Of a DNA stretch of 64,000 nt, positions 56,332 through 64,000 are shown in pieces. The notes beneath the pieces are model-generated. The model searched no databases. It was not told where the DNA came from and saw only the letters and a list, made by a program, of their open reading frames with translations. The stretch's first letter is position 1. Each line of letters starts with the position of its first letter. The stretch covers positions 3,360,001 through 3,424,000 of the forward strand of contig CBDETK010000013.1 of the NCBI GenBank assembly GCA_965242865.1, given 5' to 3'. The position numbers and the translations under genes are program-made. The stretch comes from Candidatus Latescibacterota bacterium. GTDB taxonomy: Bacteria; Latescibacterota; UBA2968; UBA8231.

Positions 56332-57342
56332 TCACTTGCCGGCGGCCCACCTATCGTCCTCGCTCTTGTCGAAGATGAAGTCTTCTGGATTTTTGTAGCC
56401 CCGGTGCTTGCTCAACTCGCGATCCCGCAAGCGCACCCCGTAGTGCAAGTGGGGGCCGGTTGAGCGGCCCGTGCTGCCCATCGTTCCGATCCGATCCCCG
56501 CGCTTGACCGGCTGGCCCTGCTCGACCAACACCTTGTCCAAGTGGCCGTATTCGGTCTGGTAGCCGCCGCGATGAGCATAAGGCTGGCCCTGCTCGTCGA
56601 ATTCCTTTTTCCGATGGTCGAGAATAATCGTGTTGCCGAGGTATTTATCCGTTCCGGCGTAGCTCACAAAGCCATCGGCCGTCGCGTAGATGGGCATTCC
56701 CTTGCGGCCGGCAAAATCGACGCCGCTGTGGAAGGCCCGCCGCCCGGTAAAGGGGTCAATGCGCCACCCAAAGGGCGACGACCGCCACGTCCGCCCCTCG
56801 TGAACCGGCGAAATCGTGGGCAAGTATTGGACGTTGGTCTCTTCAAATTTGCGCTCGATTTCCTCAAAGCTCTTTGCTTGCAGATTGGTCATCCGCTTGA
56901 GATAGTCGATGCGCACACTCAACTCGCGCATCCGCTGCTTTTGCGGCGGCAAGGCCGTGAACTCCTCGGACAAATCCTCCACGCCCCCGACGCCGCCCGG
57001 CTCTTGCTCCGCAGCGAGCGGTGCCATCTCGTGGTGAGCGCGCAATCGGTCTTCGGTGGCCTTGAGCTGGGCCATGGCCTCTCCGAGCTGCTGTACTTCC
57101 TCGCGGGTCTGCTCTAAGGTGTGAAGGAGGATTTTGTTTTCGTCCTGCAAGGCCAGCAGGGCCTTTTGCTCGCCCGTTTGATAAAGACCCTCGGTGTAGA
57201 TGTAGTACCCAAGCCCCCCCGCAAAACCAAGCCCCCCCAGCAGGATCAGCCCCAAGAGGCGAGGGAAAAAACCGCACTCGCGCATCCGACCGTCTTGGGA
57301 GGAAATGACGATAAAGGTACGGCGTTGGCCTAGTATGTTCAC
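56332..57342 (-). CDS. M23 family metallopeptidase with TM helix and coiled coil
   Basis: FGWRIDPFTG, HSGVD, YGHL, GSTGRSTGPHLHY. Confidence 0.92.
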   Translation of the reverse strand: MNILGQRRTFIVISSQDGRMRECGFFPRLLGLILLGGLGFAGGLGYYIYTEGLYQTGEQKALLALQDENKILLHTLEQTREEVQQLGEAMAQLKATEDRLRAHHEMAPLAAEQEPGGVGGVEDLSEEFTALPPQKQRMRELSVRIDYLKRMTNLQAKSFEEIERKFEETNVQYLPTISPVHEGRTWRSSPFGWRIDPFTGRRAFHSGVDFAGRKGMPIYATADGFVSYAGTDKYLGNTIILDHRKKEFDEQGQPYAHRGGYQTEYGHLDKVLVEQGQPVKRGDRIGTMGSTGRSTGPHLHYGVRLRDRELSKHRGYKNPEDFIFDKSEDDRWAAGK

Positions 57343-57476
57343 AATGATTCCCTGTCTGCTAGTCTGCTAGCAACTGTTTGAGGCGTCCGGTAGATACTGT
57401 ATTATTGGATATTGGTTGACTTGAGTTTACCTAAGATATAGACGCCGCAACAGAAGGTCAATCGCCAAATTTCTCC

Positions 57477-58220
57477 ATGCTCTTGGCCATCGACATCGGC
57501 AACACCTGCATCGACATCGGGCTTTTGGCCGGCGACGACCCGGTCTTTCGCTACAAATGCGCCACGGCTGCTCCGGCCGATGTCGGCTTACAACGCCTGC
57601 TCGCCTTGCTCGACGCGCCCCCGCTCGGCGCGGTCGTTGGGTCGGTCGTCGCGGAACTGGGGGCTGCGTACGCCGAGGCGTGTCGCGCCCTTGCGGCCGG
57701 CCCGGTTCTCCAAGCGAGCAGCGCGTGGGATTGGGGCCTGCACATCGCCTACGACGACCCCGCTCAGCTCGGCGTTGATCGCCTCGCCGCGGCCGCGGCC
57801 GCCCATCGCACCGCTCCGGGCGCGGCCGTAGTCGTCGATGCCGGCACCGCGCTCACGGTCGATGCCATTGACGCCGAGGGCACCTTCCGCGGCGGCGCGA
57901 TGGCCCCGGGATTGCGCCTCGGATTAAACGCCCTCAGCGCGGGCACCAGCCTGTTGCCGCAAGTTGAGTTCGCGGGGGTGCCGCCCCTGCTGGGCCGGAA
58001 CACGGCGGATGGCTTGCGCTCGGGGGCCTTGCACGGATCGGCCGCTCTCGTCGAGGGCCTTTGCTCGCGCATGGCTGCGGCCTTAGACAGCCGCGTCACA
58101 GTCTTTCTCACCGGGGGCGACGGCCCCCTGCTCCAGCCGCACATCGCCGCGATCCACACCTGCGATCCAGACCTCGTACTCCGCGGCTTGGCCCTCGCGT
58201 ACAGGCGGCGCACTGCTTGA
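57477..58220 (+). CDS. coaX: Type III pantothenate kinase
   Basis: LAIDIGNT, LGVDR, VVDAGTA, TGGD, LVLRGL. Confidence 0.93.
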   Translation: MLLAIDIGNTCIDIGLLAGDDPVFRYKCATAAPADVGLQRLLALLDAPPLGAVVGSVVAELGAAYAEACRALAAGPVLQASSAWDWGLHIAYDDPAQLGVDRLAAAAAAHRTAPGAAVVVDAGTALTVDAIDAEGTFRGGAMAPGLRLGLNALSAGTSLLPQVEFAGVPPLLGRNTADGLRSGALHGSAALVEGLCSRMAAALDSRVTVFLTGGDGPLLQPHIAAIHTCDPDLVLRGLALAYRRRTA

Positions 58221-58245
58221 CGCGATACCAGCACGTCCATAGTAT
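58217..58245 (+). promoter_or_regulatory. Putative sigma70 promoter for the S41 protease gene
   Basis: TTGACG-N17-TAGTAT about 40 bp upstream of AAGGAG-N6-TTG. Confidence 0.45.
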
Positions 58246-58286
58246 CCTTAAACAGCAACTCAGTCCCACAGACCAAGGAGTATCGC

Positions 58287-60164
58287 TTGTCCATTTTGCG
58301 CGTTTTGCTACTGCTCGCCCTCGTCGCGTCCACCTCCGAGTTGCGAGCCGAGCGCTCGGTTGAAGCCGAATACAAAGCCCTGTTGGTAAAGACGGCCCGG
58401 ATCGTTCATCAACACTACGTGGAAGAAGTGCATCCCGATTCCCTCGTGCAGGCGGCTGCGCGCGGGATATTCAACGCCTTAGATCCAGCCTCGGAATACA
58501 CGTTCAAGGCCCGCACCCCATTCGACGACGAGGGGGCCGCCAAGCGGCTAAACCACCGCCTCTACACCCTCATGCAGATGGCCCAAGCCATTGACGCGAA
58601 TTCCTTTTATCCGGTGGCCGCGGACACCCTAATCCGCTTTGGCATCGCCGGGATGATGGAGATTCTCGACCCCTACTCGGTGTTTTTGGAAAAGCGCAAC
58701 CTCGATAATTTTAACATCCAGACCCAAGGCAAATACGGAGGGCTGGGCTTTCGCATCCAAGTCGTCTATCCCGACAGCGCGATTGCCGTGTGGAACCTCC
58801 TGCACGACCAGACGCCCGCGGCCCTAGCCGGCGTCCAGTCGGGCGACCTGATCACCGCGATCAACAACACTTCCACCAAGGGCATGTCGGCCAGCGTGGC
58901 CGCCGACAGCATGCGCGGCCGGCCGGGCACCGCCGTGACCCTGACCCTCGCACGCGCCGATCGCCCCACTCCCTTCGATCTGACGATCGAACGCCAAGAA
59001 GTGCAGGTCAACAGCGTCTCCCTAGCCACCCTCTTTCCCGGCTACACCGGCTACATCAAGCTCGACAGCTTCCAAAAGGGGGCGAGCCGGGAAATGTTCA
59101 AGGCCATCGTCGAGCTAGAGGAACAAGGGATGCAGCGGCTGATCTTTGACCTGCGCAATAACGGCGGCGGGTATCTCGAAGAAGCCGTGCAGATCGCGGA
59201 CCTCTTCCTGCCCCGCGATCACCTCGTGGTTTTTACCGCGGGCCGCGCCTTCAAGGATACCTCCAAGTACTTCACCCGCGAGGACGCCCTGCTTGACGAC
59301 ACGCCCCTGATCGTCTTGGTCAATCGCCTGTCCGCTTCGGCGTCCGAGATCGTCGCCGGGGCCATCCAAGACTGGGACCGCGGGCTGGTGCTGGGGACTA
59401 CGACCGTGGGCAAAGGCTCGGTGCAGCAGGTCGTCCCCATCGACGACCGCGCCGAGCTCAAGTTGACCATGGCCGCTTGGCACACGCCTTCGGGCCGCTC
59501 CATTGACAAGCGCATGCGCAAGGACTCCACCCTCGTCCGCGGCCACGACGAGGAGTTCAAAACCCTCCGGCTCGAGCGCATCGTCCGCGGCCGTGGCGGC
59601 GTCGCCCCAGACATTGAGGTGCTCGGGCGCAGCGGCAGCCGCCTCTACGGGCAGCTCAGAGGCTTCTACAACCTCAACAACCAATTCTTCTACTACGCCC
59701 GCGCGCATCGGCTCAACTACCCCAACCTAACGCCCGACTTCGTCGTCGGCCCAGCGGACTTGGCGGCCTTTCGCGCCTTTGCCGAACACCGCGGGTTCAA
59801 CTACGTCAGCGAGCTCGAAGCCCAAGTCGAGGAATTGGACGAGATCGCCGAAGACGACGAGGAGTACAACCAACTCGCCCAGCCGCTCAGCCACCTGATC
59901 GACGAAATCGACAAGATCGAGGAAAAGCACTGGCAGGAAAACGAAGAGCGCATCGCTTGGCAGCTCACCTTCGACATCCTCGAAAAAGCATTCGGGTTGC
60001 CAGCGGCCGAAGCGTACAACGTCACCGTGGATCCCCAAGTGCTAGCGGCGCGCCGCATCATCGACGACCCGGACGAGTACCAGACGTGGTTCGCCAAAGA
60101 GGAAATAGGCGTGCGCGAAGAGGACTCCATCGCCCAAGAAGGCAGCAGCGGTGATCTCCAATAG
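58287..60164 (+). CDS. Carboxy-terminal processing protease (S41A, PDZ domain)
   Basis: GGLG PDZ loop, DLRNNGGG, SASASEIVAGAIQD, GKGSVQ, TPSGRSI. Confidence 0.93.
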   Translation: MSILRVLLLLALVASTSELRAERSVEAEYKALLVKTARIVHQHYVEEVHPDSLVQAAARGIFNALDPASEYTFKARTPFDDEGAAKRLNHRLYTLMQMAQAIDANSFYPVAADTLIRFGIAGMMEILDPYSVFLEKRNLDNFNIQTQGKYGGLGFRIQVVYPDSAIAVWNLLHDQTPAALAGVQSGDLITAINNTSTKGMSASVAADSMRGRPGTAVTLTLARADRPTPFDLTIERQEVQVNSVSLATLFPGYTGYIKLDSFQKGASREMFKAIVELEEQGMQRLIFDLRNNGGGYLEEAVQIADLFLPRDHLVVFTAGRAFKDTSKYFTREDALLDDTPLIVLVNRLSASASEIVAGAIQDWDRGLVLGTTTVGKGSVQQVVPIDDRAELKLTMAAWHTPSGRSIDKRMRKDSTLVRGHDEEFKTLRLERIVRGRGGVAPDIEVLGRSGSRLYGQLRGFYNLNNQFFYYARAHRLNYPNLTPDFVVGPADLAAFRAFAEHRGFNYVSELEAQVEELDEIAEDDEEYNQLAQPLSHLIDEIDKIEEKHWQENEERIAWQLTFDILEKAFGLPAAEAYNVTVDPQVLAARRIIDDPDEYQTWFAKEEIGVREEDSIAQEGSSGDLQ

Positions 60165-60170
60165 GAGTTT

Positions 60171-60478
60171 GTGGACTTTGAGGTGATTTCACGCCAACTG
60201 GACCTGATCATCAAGCTGCTCAGGGTGCAAGTCAAGATGAACATGATGAGCACTCTCATGGAGCACGAAGATCGGGTTCCCCCGAAGACATGGAGAAGGA
60301 ACAGGCGGACCTCGTAACGTTGATCAACAGCTATGACGACGCGCACGAGATTTACCGCGAGAAGACCAAAGGAATGTTCCTGGATGACAAAGAGGACTCT
60401 CCTGAGCCGCCGGTTATTGGCAGTGAGGGCTTTAAGCAGCTTTTTAGCCCTTCCGGTGGGAGAACCTCTCCCCCATAG
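60171..60478 (+). pseudogene. Possible frameshifted hypothetical gene
   Basis: AGGAG-N3-GTG start (VDFEVISRQLDLII...) and a second-frame ORF at 60290-60478; the frame change falls near a C5 run at about 60280. Confidence 0.3.
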
Positions 60479-60563
60479 TCGGCGGAGCGACACCCCCAAC
60501 GGCACGGCGGAGGCAGCTCGGCTTGCGTCCGTGCCTTGGGGTAATCACAACGAACAGGCCGAG

Positions 60564-61456
60564 ATGAATTGAGTTGAACTGTTTTGCCCTGTCGATGATT
60601 TTTGCCCAGGCTTTGAGCCCTCGTGGATACGCACCCCATTCACGGCGGGACGGCGTCAGCGTCGGCGGGCGGGTTCCCTTTGTTTGAGCGAGATCATGAC
60701 CTTGTTGATTTGGTTTCACCCGTCTCAGTATCGCACGTTCAAGGCGTTCTACCAGCAGCAGGTCTGTCGGCCTCTACGCGGGGCGTTTCCGGGGTTAGTC
60801 CGCTATGGGCGTTTTGTCGAGTTAATGCCTTCGGCTCTTATTCCGTTAGGCGTCTATCTGCGTCCATGCCAAGGCTCCTGCACGGGGATTTCGTTTATCG
60901 ACTCCACGCCGTTGGAGGTCTATGCGGCAGCGCGCCAGCACCAGCACCGTCTGTTTGCCGGCCTTGCCCAATGGGGCAAACGCTCGACCGGGTGGTTTTT
61001 CGGCTTCAAGCTCCATCTGGTCTGTAATGATCAAGGCCAAGTGCTCAACTGGGGGCTGACCCCCGGCAACGTCGATGATCGCCGACCCGTGGTCGGCTTG
61101 GTGCGCGACCTGTTTGGCACGTTGGTCGCCGACCGAGGGTATATTTCCAGTACGCTAGGCCACCAACTGAACGCACAGAGCACTCTCCGCTTGAGTACCA
61201 AGCCCCGATCCAACATGAAAAAGCACCCCCTGTCCCGCGCAGACCAACGCCTGCTACATAAACGAACCCTCATCGAAACCATCATCAACCAACTCAACAA
61301 TATCGCCCAGATTGAGCATACCAGACATCGAAGCCCAATCAATTTTATGGTCCATCTCATCAGCGGATTAATTGCCTATGCCCACCAACCCAAAAAACCT
61401 ACCTTAAAAACCAACGGGCCCAGCCAAGCAGAGGCCGGTTAACCCGAACTCACGTT
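60564..61456 (+). mobile_element. IS982-family transposase, probably inactivated
   Basis: ELFCPVDDFC N-terminus, LSEIMT, IDSTP, GWFFGFKLH, ADRGY, IETI; in-frame TGA at codon 3; right end acccgaactcacgt; left IR not found. Confidence 0.85.
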
Positions 61457-61458
61457 CC

Positions 61459-62031
61459 TTTAGGGAGGACTTCAGCGATGACGTGTCTTGGGACAAAAGA
61501 GGGTCTGGAACTTGGCGAGTACAAGGAGGGAGGCTAATTGGACGGGGTAGTGATGACAACTTCTTGACGAGTTTGACCACAGACAAAATTTTCGACTATG
61601 GGGAACCACTCTACAACTTTGGGGGACCACTCTACGTCTCAGTCACGACCCAATGGCTTCGTGGTGTTAAGAACTATGGGTACGGTATCACCTTTTATCG
61701 TAAGGTGAACAATTTCTCTGGGGACAGTTTCTACGGATTTCGCATAAGTGCCAATGAGCGTAGCGTTTTGCATTAAGCCGATGGGATAGCGGGGGTTCCC
61801 CCATATCACTGGTTTATTGGACTTATAGCTCGTCCATCAATGGAGAGGGAACCAATACGTTAAGTGTTCTTATTGAAGATAGCTGGATAGAGGCATCCAT
61901 CAATGGAACTCTCGTCGCTACGGTCTTTGACGACACTTACACCGAAGGGAGGAGTAGGTCTCACGATAGGTGGCGACCAAGAAGTGGCCTTCGACAATCT
62001 GACCGTAGGAGCGATCACTCCGTTGGATTGA
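61459..62031 (+). pseudogene. Fragmented concanavalin/DUF1080-like domain gene
   Basis: FREDFSD..W...GTWRVQGGRL, YGITF, later INGTLVATVFDDTY and VAFDNLTV in shifted frames; no start codon, begins at the IS end. Confidence 0.55.
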
Positions 62032-62057
62032 GCAATGCCGTTTGGAATAGTGCTCTT

Positions 62058-62081
62058 GGGAGCGAGGGCATCTCGCCCTCG
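62058..62081. repeat. REP-like palindrome, family 2, variant copy
   Basis: gggagcgagggc-atctc-gccctcg; its reverse complement matches the cgagggc-N5-gccctcg core of the other two copies. Confidence 0.65.
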
Positions 62082-62089
62082 TCTAAGGC

Positions 62090-62596
62090 TCAGCTAGCGG
62101 CGACGAGATCCCCGTAGGAGCCTTTGACTAGCTGGTCGCTGGTGATTTCCAACGCCCGCATCAGGGCCTCGACGCGATGGTGCGACTCCTCAATGCCCTT
62201 TTCTTCGGTCACGGCCTCTAGCTCGACGAATGGGCCGATGCCCTTTACGTCGTCGAGGTGGATGCGCACGTTTTCCCACAGCCAGACTTGGCGCGTCTTC
62301 TCCACCTCCACCCAGACGCCGTGGATGCCGCTGAGAATGGTACGCAAGCCCTCGGGGTCTTCGGTCTTGGCAATCTCGTAGTCGCTGCGCTTGGGGCCGG
62401 CTAGGTCTTCGCGCTGGTAGAAAATCAGATGGCCTTCATCTACGCTCAACTCGCGCAGCTTGAGCCGCCCTTGATCAATGCTGAAATAGGTGTCCTTCTG
62501 GTGGAAGGTCCCGGCCAACCCCGCGCCGAGGGCGTTGAGGTTTTCTTCGGCGCGCTTGACGTCTGGATAGTGCGCTTTGATTTCGATGTTGGTCAT
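62090..62596 (-). CDS. CYTH-domain protein (class IV adenylate cyclase-like)
   Basis: NIEIKA, QKDTYF, RLKLRE, VEKTR, IHLDDV, FVELE. Confidence 0.9.
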   Translation of the reverse strand: MTNIEIKAHYPDVKRAEENLNALGAGLAGTFHQKDTYFSIDQGRLKLRELSVDEGHLIFYQREDLAGPKRSDYEIAKTEDPEGLRTILSGIHGVWVEVEKTRQVWLWENVRIHLDDVKGIGPFVELEAVTEEKGIEESHHRVEALMRALEITSDQLVKGSYGDLVAAS

Positions 62597-62692
62597 GTTG
62601 GTTCGGTTTTGTTGAAAGCGGCTTGAAATGTACGCCTGCCCCGCGCTCGGTGCAACTTGCGCTCCACCGCCCGATGCGTCAAAGTATGGGCT

Positions 62693-63667
62693 ATGAAAGC
62701 GATAACCATAACCAACGACGCGGATCGCGCGCTCTGCTGGCAAGAGGTCCCCGATCCCACCTGTGGCCCAAGCGAAGTCCTCGTCGATATTCACGCCACG
62801 GCCGTCAACCGCGCCGATCTCCTCCAACGCGCGGGCCACTACCCGCCGCCGCCGGGCGCATCCCCGTACCTGGGCTTGGAAATGGCGGGCGTGGTCGCTG
62901 CTACGGGCGCGGCTGTGACGCAGTGGCGGCCCGGCGACCGCGTCCTCGGCCTGCTCTCTGGCGGCGGGTACGCCGAGCGCGTGGCCGTTCCCGCCACCCA
63001 TCTGCTGCCCCTGCCCGGCGACCGCAACTTCACTTGGGGCGCGGTCATCTGCGAGGTTTTTCTCACCGCTTTTGTCAACTTGTTTTGCGAAGCCGGCTTG
63101 CGCGCCGGCGAGACCGCCCTCATCCACGGCGGGGGCAGCGGCGTGGGAACGGCCGCGGTGCAGTTGTGTCGCCAAGCCGCGGCCAAGGCGATCGTCACGG
63201 CCGGCACGGACGCCAAGGTGGCGCGTTGCCTCGCGCTGGGCGCGGAGTTTGGGGTCAACTACAAGGAGCGGGACTTTGCCGAGGCCATTCTCGCCCACAC
63301 CGACGGGGTCGATGTGATCCTCGACATGGCCGGGGCTGCCTACTTGGAGCGCAACGTGCGGCTGCTCAAGTCCGGGGGCCGCCTCGTGGTGATCGCCGTC
63401 CTGACCGGCGCTGAAGCCCAAATAGACCTCTTGGAACTCCAGAGAAAGCGCCTGCGCCTGATCGGCTCGGTGTTGCGCAGCCGCTCGGACGCGGAGAAAA
63501 CCGCAATCGTCGCGGCCTTCAAGGAGCGGTTCTGGCCGCTGCTGATCGACGGGCGCGTGCGGCCTGTGATCGAGGAGGTGCTGCCCATTGAGCGCGCAGC
63601 CCAAGCCCAAGCCATCCTCCGGCAAAACCGCAACATCGGCAAGGTCGTGCTGCAAGTGCGGCCCTGA
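62693..63667 (+). CDS. NAD(P)H-quinone oxidoreductase (PIG3/zeta-crystallin family)
   Basis: VNRADLLQRAGHYPPPPG, GGGYAE, IHGGGSGVG, GSVLRSRS, GKVVL. Confidence 0.93.
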   Translation: MKAITITNDADRALCWQEVPDPTCGPSEVLVDIHATAVNRADLLQRAGHYPPPPGASPYLGLEMAGVVAATGAAVTQWRPGDRVLGLLSGGGYAERVAVPATHLLPLPGDRNFTWGAVICEVFLTAFVNLFCEAGLRAGETALIHGGGSGVGTAAVQLCRQAAAKAIVTAGTDAKVARCLALGAEFGVNYKERDFAEAILAHTDGVDVILDMAGAAYLERNVRLLKSGGRLVVIAVLTGAEAQIDLLELQRKRLRLIGSVLRSRSDAEKTAIVAAFKERFWPLLIDGRVRPVIEEVLPIERAAQAQAILRQNRNIGKVVLQVRP

Positions 63668-63682
63668 GCCAAAGGAGCGAAT

Positions 63683-64000
63683 ATGAGCACCCGGTATCGC
63701 CACATTGAAGTCAGCGGCTCGCCGCACGAGTTGGGCCGCCAGCTCGGCGAGGCCGCCCGCGACGAAATCCGCGGCTTTGCCGCCATCGCCCTAGCGCGCG
63801 TCAACAAGACCGTGTGCGTCTCGCGCGCCCGCGCCTTGGACATAAGCCGCCGGAGCATGGCCTGCGCGGCCGCGTACGCGCCCGACCTGCTCGACGAGTT
63901 GCGCGGCATGAGCGAAGGCGCCGGCGTCGCGCTCGACGAGCTGATGCTCCTACAGGTGCGCAACCAGCTTTGCCCGGAGGAAGACGCGGCCTGCACGGCC
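63683..64000 (+). CDS. C45 family peptidase/acyltransferase, 3' partial
   Basis: AAGGAG RBS; GSPHELGRQLG, ELRGMSEGAG, and a CT nucleophile motif at the window edge. Confidence 0.75.
   Translation, partial: MSTRYRHIEVSGSPHELGRQLGEAARDEIRGFAAIALARVNKTVCVSRARALDISRRSMACAAAYAPDLLDELRGMSEGAGVALDELMLLQVRNQLCPEEDAACTA

Noticed and set aside
62090-63727. 545-aa minus-strand ORF as a CYTH fusion
   Set aside because: Its N-terminal part is the antisense shadow of the quinone oxidoreductase; the CYTH motifs begin at the ATG at 62596.
1-64000. tRNA, rRNA or prophage structural genes
   Set aside because: None recognised; intergenic gaps are short and lack cloverleaf or rRNA signatures by eye.

Overview
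GC-rich bacterial chromosomal window. The gene content (several PhyH-type Fe/2OG dioxygenases, four enolase-superfamily enzymes, three HpcH-type aldolases, a PorV-like barrel, an Oar-like TonB receptor, HEAT proteins) resembles Latescibacterota/Poribacteria-type genomes; this is inference only. Housekeeping and catabolic genes (tag, topB, pgi-like, gnd, dsbD, rarA, coaX, S41 and M23 peptidases) are interrupted by visibly AT-richer inserts. These are (i) a translationally coupled PD-(D/E)XK nuclease, winged-helix protein and AAA ATPase at the left edge, with one in-frame TAA in the ATPase and a truncated PhyH gene beside it; (ii) two abutting dynamin-like GTPases, one ending in a NusA-KH-like tail; (iii) a lone B12 radical SAM gene; and (iv) a decayed IS982-type element next to gene fragments. 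Also present: a RAYT transposase carrying REP hairpins inside its own ORF, with matching copies upstream and 15 kb away; a second REP-like family; an Rpn-type nuclease with an internal RBS-ATG and a 40-bp flanking direct repeat; and a membrane-anchored protein built of 11-aa repeats. No rRNA, tRNA or CRISPR array was seen. All protein calls come from motif recognition by eye; no database search was run.
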